A stretch of DNA of 64,000 bases from Antedon mediterranea. Its lineage: Eukaryota > Animalia > Echinodermata. Location of the stretch: contig NC_092679.1 of assembly GCF_964355755.1 (NCBI RefSeq), positions 8,338,201 through 8,402,200 of the forward strand. The letters run 5' to 3'. Below are positions 41,801 to 52,706 of this stretch, one piece after another. The notes below the pieces were generated by a model. It was not told the DNA's origin. It did not search any database and worked only from the letters and a program-made list of their open reading frames with translations. Every line of letters starts with the position of its first letter. Positions within the stretch are counted from its first letter, which is position 1. The translations under genes and the position numbers were made by a program.

Positions 41801-44800
41801 ACAGGCTTCTAGAGTAGGCTACTACTATACTACTAGGCCTAGTACTGGTGTAGTAACTAGCTGGCATAATAATAGCGTAGGTGTAGATGTATTATGGTGT
41901 CGTGTGTGTAGTCTTACAGCTAAAACATTAATTTTTGTATACATAAATCTAATAAATGCTGTGTACTACTACCCGTATATTCAGCTGATTATAACAATAC
42001 ATTCAGCAACCCTATCAACCAACGATTTCTCACAGGTGACATCATTGTTCAGGTGGAAACATTGTGAAAATACTACAACGATATTGAATGTATTATTTAT
42101 TACGAAAGCTGCATCTAGCATGAACATATTTCCTCTCTGACTGAGATCATGTTTTAAACAATAAAAGAAAATAAGGTTGCCCTAAAGAACTAGCTGTAGA
42201 AAATCACATAAAACAATGTTTCTCTGTCCCTGAACCAACATAATTCCAATAAACATGGCTATATCATACCAAATGTATTCTACAAAATAAACAGCCAGCA
42301 TCATATAATAATTATGGTTTAAAATGTCAAAGACCAACTGATAAATGTGGAATTTGCGTGTATGGTGGTTTGATTCCATAATAGTAATACTGTATTTTGA
42401 TGATGAACTATTGCATTTTCTATGTATATGTACAGGCGCGTAGCCAGAGGGGTTTTTATGGTTCGGGCGAACCCCCATTCCCGACATGCCCAATACCTCA
42501 CCCTCATCTCTGAAAATCCTCCAAATACGTGCCCCACACAGTACAAAAGGTTAATTTGAAAAATTCGTTCGTGAATAACTCGATACCTTCTTCACTGTAT
42601 GAGCGTATGTCGAGCGATACGTGTCTGTAAATTTACGAGTTGCAAATGAATTGCCGATTTTCACCTGAAATCCCTGGATGTAACATGATATTGATGTGTG
42701 TATCGTACTCATAAAGTGAGCTGGGGCACGAACGATTCGTACAAAGGACACCGCCAGACAATAGCGTACGTACCTATATTGTTTAGATCACGGCAGTCAG
42801 CATGCATAAAGTATACCGTAAATCTTCTAATTGTAACCCTGGGTTATTATATTATTCTTTGATTGTTTTTTAGGGTGGGTTACTACTAGAAGGGGATTAC
42901 TATTAGAGTAGTGGGTTACTATTAGAGTAGTGGGTTACTATTACTTGAAAATAGTAACCCACCCCAACTATTCCGGTCAGCAGCTCATAGCAAAATAATA
43001 AAACAGTACGGATAAACACATTTGTTTGAACAGAACTAACTATCTAACTAACTTATAAACTCAAAAACACTCAATCCTTCCCCACACCCGAGATCAACAT
43101 GCATTATCTCCTTATTACTATCAGAGTAGTGGGTTGTTATTATTATAGATTGACTATTGACTGGGTTACACTATTACTATTAAAAGGAGGGTTACTATTA
43201 TTAGAGTGTGGGTTACTATTAGAAGATTGATTAATATTTAATTTCTTCAAATTGCTGTAAATAAATATAGGTAGAGCTATAATAAGCATTGAATTTGCCT
43301 TCTCACACAAAGTGCTTTTTTTGGGGATTCCCCTAGACGTACGTACGTTCACATTGAACTTGAACGCAAGTGAATGATCAAAAAAGGTACGAATACGATC
43401 GTTTTGCTCATTGGTAGCATGCTGCATGAGAGTGTCTTTTCCGACTAATTAGAGGTGCTATTTATCATGAATGTTATGTGCGAGAGTATACCATTTCCGG
43501 CCATCTAGAGGTGTCATTTAACCAAATTTGCTTCGCCCCTCCAGATTTAGGATGGCTTTTAGGTAAGGGTGGAATTAAACGACATTAAACTCATTACAAA
43601 CGTATCAGATTAACATAATTCGTTTTTGCTGTAGCATACGTCGATACACAGTACATAACGTAACCGTCAGTAAACTTCGCCTGGAAAGTAATACTACGAC
43701 ACATTTTGGTCCCTGGATGGAATATGATATCACGCGTTTGGACACAACGTTGAACGATTCGTACAAAGGGATACCGCCAGACAAGTGCGTACCTATTGTT
43801 TAATAGTTGGATAGCTGGCAATAATGAATGCATAATAGCCCTCCGACGTACTCGCGGTCAATGGAACGTCGCGGTTTTCTAGGCGCTGAGGCTACGAAGT
43901 GAACGCCAACGATTTTTACAGTATTCCCCGACTCGACAAAAAGTACCTGTGTTCCCAGATATGGGATAGGCTCCCCGACGAGGGGATAGAGCCCATGCGG
44001 ATACACAGTTGATGATCTTAACCTGTATGTTTTACTATTTTCATGAGATTTAAAACATATTTTTTCTTAGAATATGCCAATTGCGCATTCTTTTGACATC
44101 ATACTTTACTAACTTATGACGTCATAGGTACGTTATATGGTAATTTAAATATTAATTGGAAAGTTTAATACCACATTTATATAGCGGCTATTCTGAATTT
44201 ATGCTAATTAACCTTTTTGATGTCTGACCGTATCATGTTCATTTCAACAGGAAAATGTTAGAAAATTGTTTTCCTGTGGTTTCTACATTTTTTTTAGCAT
44301 AGGATAATGTCATTTAAGCAGTTATAACATAATATATGACGTCACAACTACCTTATGACGTCATAGTTACGTCATATGGTAATTTAAATATGCTAGTTTG
44401 AAAGTTTAATGTCACATTTATATTTACTCGTAATGCACTTAGGTGGTCTAAATCCAACCGTTGAGGAGATATGGGAACTTCAAATGGTAAATGGCGGCCA
44501 TTTTGAATTTATGCCAATTAACCCACTTTCCGGTGTCCGATTTCGATAAATTTTGGATATGATGTTTATTTGGACTATATCAACTAGACAACACATTTCT
44601 GTTGCATTTAACATATCTAAACGATTTCCTCTTCATAAAATGACTTATTTGACCTAATTTGACCTTTGACCCTTCATATCTCAAAAACGCCCCCTCCCCG
44701 TCGCGATCAACATTCATATTCGTATTCTACAGCCAAAATTACCCAAGAAAAAGTACATGAAGTAAATTCTGCAAAAAGTGACACCTACACCTCAAATACG

Positions 44801-47800
44801 ACTGGTCTAAATTCATGCGCTTTTAGATTGAAGAGCAGAGAGCAGCTAAATAGCTTGTTTTTATATCAGTAATAAAATTTACAATAAGAAACAAGAATTA
44901 AAAATCATTTAAGCGTCGCTGGAGTTAGCTCCGTGGCGTTAGTTAAGATGGGGTAAGTAGCTGTTGTGAGTTGCGTTAATAACGCCACTGCCTAGTTCAC
45001 ACGCAAGGCGTACGCCACGGCTTACTCTATACATGTGGCTTATACAGGATAAAGTTGCTGTTTTAAAATTGTATACACATATGGGGACAATGTCCACCAA
45101 TTTTTATCTGTGTGACTTTTCACATGATTAAATCCATTTTTTATCCTCCCATTTTATGTCCCCATGGTAAATTTACAGGATACAACCTGAAAGCAATATT
45201 GATTTTTTAATCTTGACCATATTGCAGCGAGTGCGTGGCCAAGCGGTTAAGATAGTGGAACTTAATATCTAACCATATTAACATCGTCCAGGGCCTTATG
45301 GTTCTGGTGTCTTTTCGGATAAGGACTATAAAACACTTTAGAACATAGTACTCTATATCTTTTGAGACGAGTATGTTAAATTAGACTTTTGATCCCATTT
45401 TTTTCCATACCCAACTTGATTTTGGCTAGGATTTGTAAATATTATATGCATTTTTGGTAGGTGAGTGGATAAGGTTCTGTAATGCAGTGTTTAAATATTT
45501 ATTTGTGTGCGTATTTATTATTGCCCTTTGTGTGTTGCGTTCTTGATGAGACTTTGCATTTGTTTCACATAATCCATCTTAAGCTTTTAGGCATATGATG
45601 ATGGGCACAATTATATTCAACTACATACATTCTATCATATCTGTATTGTGTGTGGAGAGCATTTCGTTAACAATTTCCAGTTATGTACAGTACATTAAGC
45701 TTTATATATTCGAAAACCATCTGTGGGTACGTACTAGAGGTTAATTCTTAAATAGACCTTGAATAAATAACCTGTGTTTATCCTTTTTAATTTTTTGACA
45801 CTATATTCACTAATTTAAATTTTTTATCAATTATATTTGATCAATTATGCGTTTTTTTGTTGAAATTTCAATGACGTACCACATACATATAGGGAATAGT
45901 AATTTCTGCAAACAAGTTTCGTCGTATACGTACTATGCTCAACCAGCTTAAACTTGGTGGTTTGAAGACGGATTTAGCAATGACTGTAAACCCCGACGAT
46001 GGAATAGTTACTGCAACTGGAAGAGTGAACTTTTCAGCAAAAGATGTATGTATTATGTATTACTAACAGTAACCCGTGCTCCGCACGGTCATTTTCTGCC
46101 TTAATAATAATATGTTGTTATATACTTTGCATGGGCAAGTATAATAACGGCGCACTTTGATAAAAGTACTTTGACAAATTATTAAAATAAAAACAAATTG
46201 TATCACGAATAAAATTGGGAACTACTGTATTTACGGCTATTGGTTTGTTATACACTATTCCTTCACTTCAATATACTGTATGTAGGCTAAAAAATTAAAG
46301 CAATAGTACAGTGGATATGGAACTTTGACTTTACTTTTGACTGGAAAATAAAAGACGCTAAAGAAAAATTGTGCTGTGTAAATTAGATGATGCGCGCAAA
46401 CACATAACGAAAGTATAAAAATGCCAAACTATATTATTTTGGGTGTTTTTCGTTAAGTATTAATTATTTGATACATAGAGAGAAAAAAAAGTGGACAAAA
46501 ATCGAATGAAAAACACATTGCTGTGGAAACACGAATTAAGTTTATTTATTTACATTTGATTTTTATTTCACTGGTTTTTATATTTAGCAATTTTTTTGTA
46601 TTGGAGATTTGTTACGTACTTGCTAATTTTGTTATTAAAGTGTGGTCTACCAGAAACCTGTGCTCGGCACGGTTTGTCTACATAATAATAATAATTCGCA
46701 TGGCATGATTATTAAGTATAATAAAATCGTACTTTTCCCTGCCACGATATTTCTTTTCTTACAAAAGTTGGGGACCCTTCATGAGACGTCACAAAATAAA
46801 CATGAATATTCATTATAAATCATGTCCATAAGCTACGTTAGAAATTAGCTAACAAAAGGTTTTCTGTCGAGCCGTCTGTGTAGTCAAGTGGATTAAGCTA
46901 TGGACTTTACATGTCGATGTATGGGGTTCGAATCCGATGAGTAAGTTCTTTTTACTTTATAGTGAGAGGGTATATATTTAGAGGGTTAGGTTTAGTTATA
47001 TTTAGAAACTTAACTATCTTTCACATAATGGCCCCGACTTCTGTACGAAATAAAAAAATCGCTTCCCGGCCCCTGAAAAATTGTTTTTTTAAAAAAACAA
47101 ACAAATTGCCAACAATACAATTCGGAACTACTTACGGCCATTGATTTTGTTATACACGGAGTATTCCTTTACTTTGAAATATCTGTAAGCTACAAAATGA
47201 AACCAATACTGGATTTGGGGTGCGCCTCAGAAAGACAACGTGCATGAGCGGGACAGATTTCTGTCAATCAGTCGGCAGAGATTAAACCATTTTAATGATA
47301 AAATATGAATTGGTAAGTTATCGAATTAAGATGTCAAGTATTGGAAAAATAACAATGATTACGGACTCAAAACAAAAAGTAGTCGAAATTAGATGATGCG
47401 CTCGGACACAAACATTTTAGGTGTATTTTTCGTTGATATTTGATATTTAGCGGAAACACGACACTCATTTGGATTCGTTTTATTTGTGTGTGTGTGTGTT
47501 TTTTAATTTACATTTTTGTTTATTTCATGATTGTTTATATTCCCCTCTCACCTCCCCACAAAATGCTAAACAGCTCAAAAATGAAAGCACACTGGTGTTG
47601 AGGAGCTGCATTTTAAGGATAAACACTGAAAAAGGCAAAAAATAGCAGTAATTTGACGTCTAAGTGACCATGTTATGTCACTGTATAAACTACGCAACCT
47701 CCTCTGTTGTGTACCGCCATGGCCGGATCTACAAATACCATGCCGGGCCGCTAAATAAACAGTCTTTAGTCAACCGTGTCAAATGATCACGCCGTTGAAG

Positions 47801-48882
47801 TTTTAATTAATTACACCTATCTTTGGAATAGAATGTATTTTGTAAATCACACATCAGGTGCGCCGATAAATAATGAATGTTCTGTATTTATTTATCAAAT
47901 GGTGAGAATATTTAATGTTGTTAATACTGTACAGGTACCTGATAATACATTTAACACAGTACAGTGTAATTTAAGTGGAATCTCCCAAAACCCACCGAGC
48001 AGAAAAAAAAAATCTCTCACAAAATCTTGACTTCGGCCTAGGTTGTTTAAATTAACAGAAGAATTTCCATCAATAAGCCTACATTAATAATAATAATATT
48101 ATTATCATTTATAAATAATAATTCGTCTTATTCGAGGAGCCAAATCACCGCTGACCGCCAATAAAGTGTGAAATTTATGTTGCAGAGTCTGCCAATTTAC
48201 AAATATTCTCTTCCAGTCCTGGACTTCTATAACGTTATATGGATATTTTAAGCCATGAAATGGATCTAAATTTTAATTTAGTGACAGAAAAACATTTACA
48301 GTAGTATGAACAAGAATGTGCCACATCAGGAGCGAACCCAGAGGTGTTACCCTAGTGGCCCCGGGCAACAAAGTAATATTTCTATACATTAATTTTTAAA
48401 GCTTGAAAACATTGAACAACTAGAAAGCAACTTACAGGAACTAAAGGCTAAAGATGGAAATTATAGGCCTGTTTTAAGAAGACTAATTGAAGCATGTTGT
48501 GAAACAAACGTAAGCTTACAAAGTCATTAGGTCATAGTTGGTTTGATGATCATCTTAAATAGTCGCACCATTTAAGATGATCATCAAGCCAACCATGACT
48601 TAATGACTATTTTTAGTAATTATCGGCACACCATTTTATAATCAACTAGTTACGATAATCTGTCTCATCATTGTTTTTATAAATCATTAACCTTTTGCCA
48701 ACGCTTTATTTTATACTGTATACATTGTCATATTTTTGTTAGAAAACTGAAAAAGCCTTGAATTATAAGGCAGAATGGGATGATGCTGGTTACGAACCTG
48801 CAGCTGGTATACTATCAAGACTTATTGGAGTGTGTAGCTTAAATTCTAACCAACAAGAAGCACTTAAACTTAGGAAAGAATT
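8730..48882 (+). CDS. LRPPRC: Leucine-rich PPR motif-containing protein, mitochondrial; partial gene, 15 internal exons
   Basis: The exons listed below splice GT-AG with consistent phases into ~495 codons. The product is colinear with human LRPPRC as I recall it, e.g. GLEPSFETHSTLLCAYATNGDI ~ [32 protein letters not shown] ~ PIRPHYFWPL, EASKGNL ~ EAANGNL, VGLILMNLIDAI ~ VGYFLYNLIDSM. Confidence 0.92.
8764..10099 (+). repeat. 13-copy 103-bp minisatellite made of the exon 3' end, splice donor and intron start
   Basis: TCTACTTTATT starts at 8764, 8873, then every 103 bp to 10006. Confidence 0.97.
10892..10996 (+). CDS. LRPPRC: LRPPRC exon (TLDELKMINQAIPDKVYLNIVDRLACNGYEREVSE)
   Basis: cag/gtaaat, phase 0-0. 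Confidence 0.9.
11674..11713 (+). CDS. LRPPRC: LRPPRC exon (ILENVKFIGGSLQ)
   Basis: ctgcag/gtaaac, phase 0-1. Confidence 0.85.
12203..12366 (+). CDS. LRPPRC: LRPPRC exon (EAINLIISLLTKGHDKSAF...FFIDHIVQMKM)
   Basis: ttctag/gtatag, phase 1-0. Confidence 0.9.
13175..13286 (+). CDS. LRPPRC: LRPPRC exon (PLDKVCMYMDELKELGLHQSPYIMGLQCSLRRGVEYK)
   Basis: tag/gtaacc, phase 0-1. Confidence 0.9.
13436..16248 (+). mobile_element. Helentron-associated (HINE/DINE-1-like) non-autonomous element containing a nested MITE
   Basis: 5' GGTTATCCGC; 3' inverted GCGGATAAC followed by stem-loop AACTCGTC...GACGAGTT and CTAG; T-rich flanks; same family at 59021-64000. Confidence 0.75.
14257..15910. mobile_element. 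Non-autonomous PIF/Harbinger (Tourist-like) element
   Basis: 16-bp TIR GGGGCCGTCCAAAAAC with TTA TSD; the empty site (GCATCTTGCTTATCCGTA) is seen in the host-family copy near 59800. Confidence 0.88.
16672..17444. mobile_element. Tc1/mariner-type MITE
   Basis: TIR CCGTAGTTCC(T/C)CGGGTATAATCCCACC with TA TSD; a related fragment lies at ~7963-8065. Confidence 0.85.
17462..18055 (+). mobile_element. 5' fragment of the HINE-like family
   Basis: GGTTATCCGC-acttg-GCGGATAACC hairpin; colinear with 13436-14010. Confidence 0.75.
18348..18385 (+). CDS. LRPPRC: LRPPRC exon (DYTLSMLEMMHKK)
   Basis: ttcttag/gtatgt, phase 1-0, bridges the neighbouring exons. Confidence 0.82.
18413..20064. mobile_element. 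Unclassified TIR element (TGTGACCCG termini) inserted in the (TA)n tract of a Helitron 5' end
   Basis: ~35-bp imperfect TIR TGTGACCCGATCT(C/G)GCAAAACCCT...TTTGTCGG; flanks rejoin as TCTATATATA..TTTACGTAAGGGCA. Confidence 0.8.
21458..21527 (+). CDS. LRPPRC: LRPPRC exon ([23 protein letters not shown])
   Basis: tttgtag/gtaaat, phase 0-1. Confidence 0.9.
21583..21937. mobile_element. Kolobok-like MITE; internally deleted, inverted copy of 2147-2673
   Basis: Same TIR and TTAA TSD. Confidence 0.8.
23353..23474 (+). CDS. LRPPRC: LRPPRC exon (GILNLLKAAVQMKAPITNDMIKMYILPAIEGSTDEIIQELK)
   Basis: gctag/gttaga, phase 1-0. Confidence 0.9.
24503..27843. mobile_element. Academ-like long-TIR (foldback) element nested in a decayed HINE-like copy (~23990-27990)
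   Basis: TAGTCCAGTA...TACTGGACTA termini; 3-bp TAT TSD; arms of several hundred bp built from ~330-bp subrepeats. Confidence 0.72.
27018..27112. repeat. (TCTG/TCGG)n microsatellite within a second HINE-like repeat
   Basis: CACTATGTCGGTCGGTCTGTCTG...; related mini-copy at 34233-34331. Confidence 0.8.
28246..28336 (+). CDS. LRPPRC: LRPPRC exon (EIGIDLDVTLLTAVCRQEASKGNLANVYQI)
   Basis: tttag/gtttga, phase 0-1. Confidence 0.9.
28793..30797 (+). pseudogene. LINE ORF1 remnant: SGNH/GDSL esterase-like domain plus two CCHC zinc knuckles, disrupted
   Basis: LLIGDSMLKHI, HAGTND, GLHLN; CHFCGETGHNGRVC and CWDCNKPGHKTKYC; stops, frameshifts and a MITE insertion. Confidence 0.8.
29230..29734. mobile_element. 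piggyBac-like MITE inserted in LINE ORF1
   Basis: TTAA|CACGTTCACTGCCA ... TGGCAGTCAATGTG|TTAA. Confidence 0.8.
30894..33725 (+). pseudogene. LINE ORF2 (APE endonuclease + reverse transcriptase), broken by stops and frameshifts
   Basis: DIVALNETRL, RKDRN, GDIN, TLIDHIY, NYRPISILP, QWGFRPG, DLKKAFDTV, GIPQGSILGP, YADDT, HLGVILD. Confidence 0.93.
38025..38088 (+). CDS. LRPPRC: LRPPRC exon (VEDYPNIQVGLFRTNICEGFVK)
   Basis: ttttctag/gtaagt, phase 1-2. Confidence 0.85.
39327..39409 (+). CDS. LRPPRC: LRPPRC exon (NPDVHSLMKLWKYSLFHFEESESMSKP)
   Basis: tttcag/gtatta, phase 2-1. Confidence 0.8.
40502..40608 (+). CDS. LRPPRC: LRPPRC exon (EYVGLILMNLIDAITEEDGLRLRPHLELLFNSFVDD)
   Basis: ccacag/gtgagt, phase 1-0. 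Confidence 0.9.
40673..40720 (-). mobile_element. Isolated Helitron 3' terminus (third stem variant)
   Basis: The - strand reads AGAACCATCTGTGGGCACTTA-CTAGAGGATA-acaagtg-TATCCTCTAG|T. Confidence 0.7.
41126..44809. mobile_element. Academ-like TIR element with a composite, nested interior
   Basis: TAGACCAGTCG...GGTGTCACTTTT..GCAGAATTT imperfect TIRs with 3-bp AAT TSD; interior holds hAT-like, mariner-MITE-like (42815-43220) and foldback-arm fragments. Confidence 0.6.
45224..45335 (+). mobile_element. Decayed tRNA-derived SINE fragment
   Basis: A-box-like GCGTGGCCAAGCGGTTAAG head; no complete cloverleaf. Confidence 0.5.
45893..46045 (+). CDS. LRPPRC: LRPPRC exon (GIVISANKFRRIRTMLNQLKLGGL...VNFSAKD)
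   Basis: atatag/gtatgt, phase 0-0; resembles human NVKIPENIYRGIRNLL. Confidence 0.82.
46062..47520 (-). mobile_element. Two decayed Helitron-like remnants, one with a tRNA-like segment (46871-46940)
   Basis: CCGTGC-nnn-GCACGG hairpins at ~46074 and ~46657; 46180-46580 resembles 47100-47520; B-box GGTTCGAATCC. Confidence 0.45.
48402..48509 (+). CDS. LRPPRC: LRPPRC exon (LENIEQLESNLQELKAKDGNYRPVLRRLIEACCETN)
   Basis: aag/gtaagc, phase 0-0. Confidence 0.9.
48743..48882 (+). CDS. LRPPRC: LRPPRC exon (KTEKALNYKAEWDDAGYEPAAGILSRLIGVCSLNSNQQEALKLRKE)
   Basis: tgttag/gtaagt, phase 0-2; the next exon was not found in the window. Confidence 0.9.
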
Positions 48883-48929
48883 GTAAGTTACTCTGTGGCT
48901 CAGTTCACAGAACACCACTTATTTGGTTA

Positions 48930-50251
48930 TCTATATATAAATTTACGTAAGGGCAAAATTCGGTAAATCGCGCCTTACTTCTATAATTTTTACTCGATGG
49001 TATATAAAGTTGGTTCGTACTTTCGGTACTGATTTTAACCACCTGATGTAACCCTGTTTACTATTTAAATTAAGTTAGATAATAAGTTATTGACGGTTAA
49101 AACGAATTTAGGTTCCAAGATTTGCCCCAAATAGGGGTTTTTTCCGACCGTGGTATACACTGTATAATGGATGTCCATCTTGAAAAATACCCGCCGCAAA
49201 AATGCGAGGAGGCTTCGCATTTTCCTATCTCCTCCTACGATAATTGTTTTTAATAGCTGAAAACCGGTTGAACAGCTAGAGTACACCATCATAATGTTGA
49301 AGACAGGCCGATTTTCTTTAAAAAATACTATTTTGATAGATTTAATATACGATTATACAAATCTATTAATTTGCGATGAATGGAACATCCCAATCTCTCA
49401 GTCTGCCAGAGTTTGGTTTAACACAAGTACTGTAGGTAAATTTATGAGCCCTTGGTTTAACACATACGGTAGGTAAATATATGGGCCCTTTGAGAATAAA
49501 CTTGCGAGATTGTGGATAGGCTCTACTGTTAGATATATAAACACATTATTATATACAAATAAACTTTATACTGACAGTTCTTTCTCAACGTTTGTATTAA
49601 TTAATAATTACCAAATATAAACGTCGTAGTGGTGTATCGTGACATGGTACTTTAATATTTCAATCTATTATGACAGTGACAGTTTTAACTAAACTAAATA
49701 AAGAATGTTCTCTAATATAATTAGGAATCTCTTGCCACACACGGGGAAAATTAGTGTACAATGAATATTTAAAAGAAATAAATAAATAAATAAAATAAAA
49801 AAAGTATTAAATCGCAAATGTTTTACTGTATTTAGAGGTAAATTATTTATAGGCCTATAAAACATGAAAAAAATATTTCGTTACTGAGTGGATAAAGAAT
49901 ATATTTAAAAATTGTCCCTCTTTGTACCTATCCGCTTTCCCATCCCTCAACCCTAATGTTACATACAAAACACAAATTGGGTTTCTTTAAATGAGTCCAA
50001 ATCAAAAACTTGGACTCATTTTGTGATAAGTTTCTCCTTCGGAAGTAATTCCCAGGGTGCTAATTTTAGTTGACTACATGAATCATCGTGTCTATTTATT
50101 CGTTTCTGTAAACGACAATGTATAGGCCTATAGTCCTGCGGTACGTACATTTGAAATCGCCAGTTTTGTTACGCTGAAATTACTGTGTATTCGAGAACCA
50201 TCTGTGGGCACGACCTAGATGGTACGCGAGCGAAGCGAGCGTACCATCTAG
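48930..50251 (+). mobile_element. Helitron family A, copy 2
   Basis: A|TCTATATATAAATTTACG ... CCATCTAG|T; colinear with 3260-5323; carries a short (TAAA)n-tailed insert at ~49690-49800. Confidence 0.92.
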
Positions 50252-50695
50252 TCTATATATAAATTATGGTTAATTCTGACATAGGCGAGCACAATGCAAA
50301 AACTTCGGTACAAATCTCCGCCTTGGATACCTACCTTATCTATCTGAGATGTACCGCGAAACGTAGATTTGATAACATTAGTGTTCACGGCGACGCTATT
50401 GTTCCATATTTCTATCTTAGGAAGATATTAGAAAGAGTTTTTTAACACAATTTATGATTTCAACATTAGATTTAATTTCCGGGTTTAAGATAAGTTCACC
50501 TTGCAACAACCTGGTTTCAAATATTTTCTCTCTTTTATACACAAGGGAGCAGTTAAAATAATAGATTTGACCCTAAAGGTGACTGGAAACAGGCACTTTC
50601 CATCAATCAATACAGTGTCCCTTTGGAAGACGAAAAACAAATCAGATATAGGCCATTAATCATAGCCATTTCAGTTTTTTGTTTATTTTAAAACA

Positions 50696-51831
50696 CTAGA
50701 TGGTACGCTCGCTTCGCTCGCGTACCATCTAGGTCGTGCCCACAGATGGTTCTCGAATATACAGTAATTTCAGTAACAAAACTGGCGATTTCAAATGTAC
50801 GTACCGCAGGACTATAATACATTGTCGTTTACAGAAACGAATAAATAGACACGATGATTTATGTAGTCAACTAAAATTAGCACCCTGGGAATTACTTCCA
50901 AAGGAGAAACTTATCACAAAATGAGTCCAAATTTTTGATTTGGACTCATTTAAAGAAACCCAATTTGTGTCTTGTATGTAACATTAGGGTTGAGGGAAGG
51001 GAAAGCGGATAGGTACAAAGAGGAACAATTTTTAAATATATTCTTTATCCACTCAGTAACGAAATATTTTGTTCATGTTTTATAAGCCTATACATAATAT
51101 ACCTCTAAATACAGTAAAACATTTGCGATTTAATACTTTGTTAAAACTGTCACTGTCATAATCGATTGAAATATTAAAGTACATGTCACGATACACCACT
51201 ACGACGTTTATATTTTTGGTAATTATTAATTAATACAAACGTTGTTGTCAAAGTATTGCAAGAAGTTTTTTCTCAAAGGGCCCATATATTTACCTACCGT
51301 ATGTGTTAAACCAAGGGCTCATAAATTTACCTACTTGTGTTAAACCAAACTCTGGCAGACTGAGAGATTGGGATATTCCATTCATCGCAAATCAATACAT
51401 TTGTATAATCTTATATTAAATCTATCAAAATAGTATTTTTTAAAGAAAATCGGCCTGTCTTCAACATTATGATGCTGTACTCTAGCTGTTCAACAGGTTT
51501 TCAGCTATTAAAAACAATTATCGTAGGAGGAGATAGGAAAATGCGAAGCCTCCTCGCATTTTTGTGGTGGGTATTTTTCAAGATGGACATCCATTAGACA
51601 GTGTATACCACGATCGGAAAACACTCCTATTTGGGGCAAATCGTTGAACCTAAATTCGTTTTAATCGTCAATAACTAATTATTTAACTTAATTTAATTAG
51701 TAAACAGGGTTACATCAGGTGGTTAAAATCAGTACCGAAAGTACGAACCAACTTTATATACCATCGAGTAAAAATTCTAGAAGTAAGGCGCGATTTACCG
51801 AATTTTGCCCTTACGTAAATTTATATATAGA
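50696..51831 (-). mobile_element. Helitron family A, copy 3 (1136 bp)
   Basis: Reverse complement of copies 1 and 2, including both termini and the A|T target. Confidence 0.92.
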
Positions 51832-52706
51832 TACCGCGGCGCGTGTGTGAAGGTACAGTAGTTAAATAATAGGAATTATACTGCAAATTAATAAAGATCA
51901 AATTAAATATACGCCATAAAGAATCAGAATATATTGTGGGGAATAGTATTATAAAATTACATAGGGAGATTTGATAAGACATTTTTCGAGTGAAATCCCG
52001 ATAGCTGAGTTTTATTGAGTAAGCTTGCAGGAATAACTGTAGGCTATCTTCCTGTGTCCCGTTAGGAGCGAGATGTCTGCCCATGTTGCAAGCCGTACCA
52101 TAATGTCTTCTTTCTTGGGCCCACTGTGTCACGGCAGTTAGTTTCAAAAGATGATTAAATTAAATAATGTATTAATAATTATTAGGATGGTATTCATTTG
52201 AATAAACGCCTCTCCAATAAAACATCACTTTGAATAATAAACCCCCCCCCCCCCCAACCCAACTATCTAATAAACGTCCATCCAAATATTTATAACAACA
52301 CAATTATACGGTACTATTTGTAGTAGAATTCACCGCACTGTTATCTACTATTTACCAAGCATTTGTTATTCTTTTTTAGCACTTTTCATATCTATTAGAG
52401 GATTTCATTTGATTATAAATGTTACCATATTATTAAAACTACAAAATTTAACATATATCCCTCGAATAAGCACCTCCCTCAAATGACCTCCGCCTCCCCA
52501 AAGGGCCCTACCAAACAATAAAAACTGTACTTTAAAATGTTATTAATCATCTAAAACACTGTGAAACAAAGTAGTTTAGTTTTACGAATGTCAAGCATTT
52601 TCAATAATGGTAACCGACAGAAAACGTATAAGGAGAACATTGTCATTCCGAAAACCATCGTCTACACTTCCTAGAGGGGGAGCGAGCAAAGCGAGCTCAC
52701 CCTCTA

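Noticed and set aside
39648-43517. Composite TTAA-flanked transposon (ATGACACC..TAGATGGCCGGAAATGGTA inverted ends) enclosing the LRPPRC exon at 40502
   Set aside because: The exon is required in the host reading frame, and the span only partly overlaps the 41126-44809 element; two independent end fragments is the simpler explanation.
46871-46940. tRNA gene
   Set aside because: A- and B-box-like motifs are present but there is no convincing acceptor or anticodon stem; it is embedded in a repeat and likely SINE-derived.
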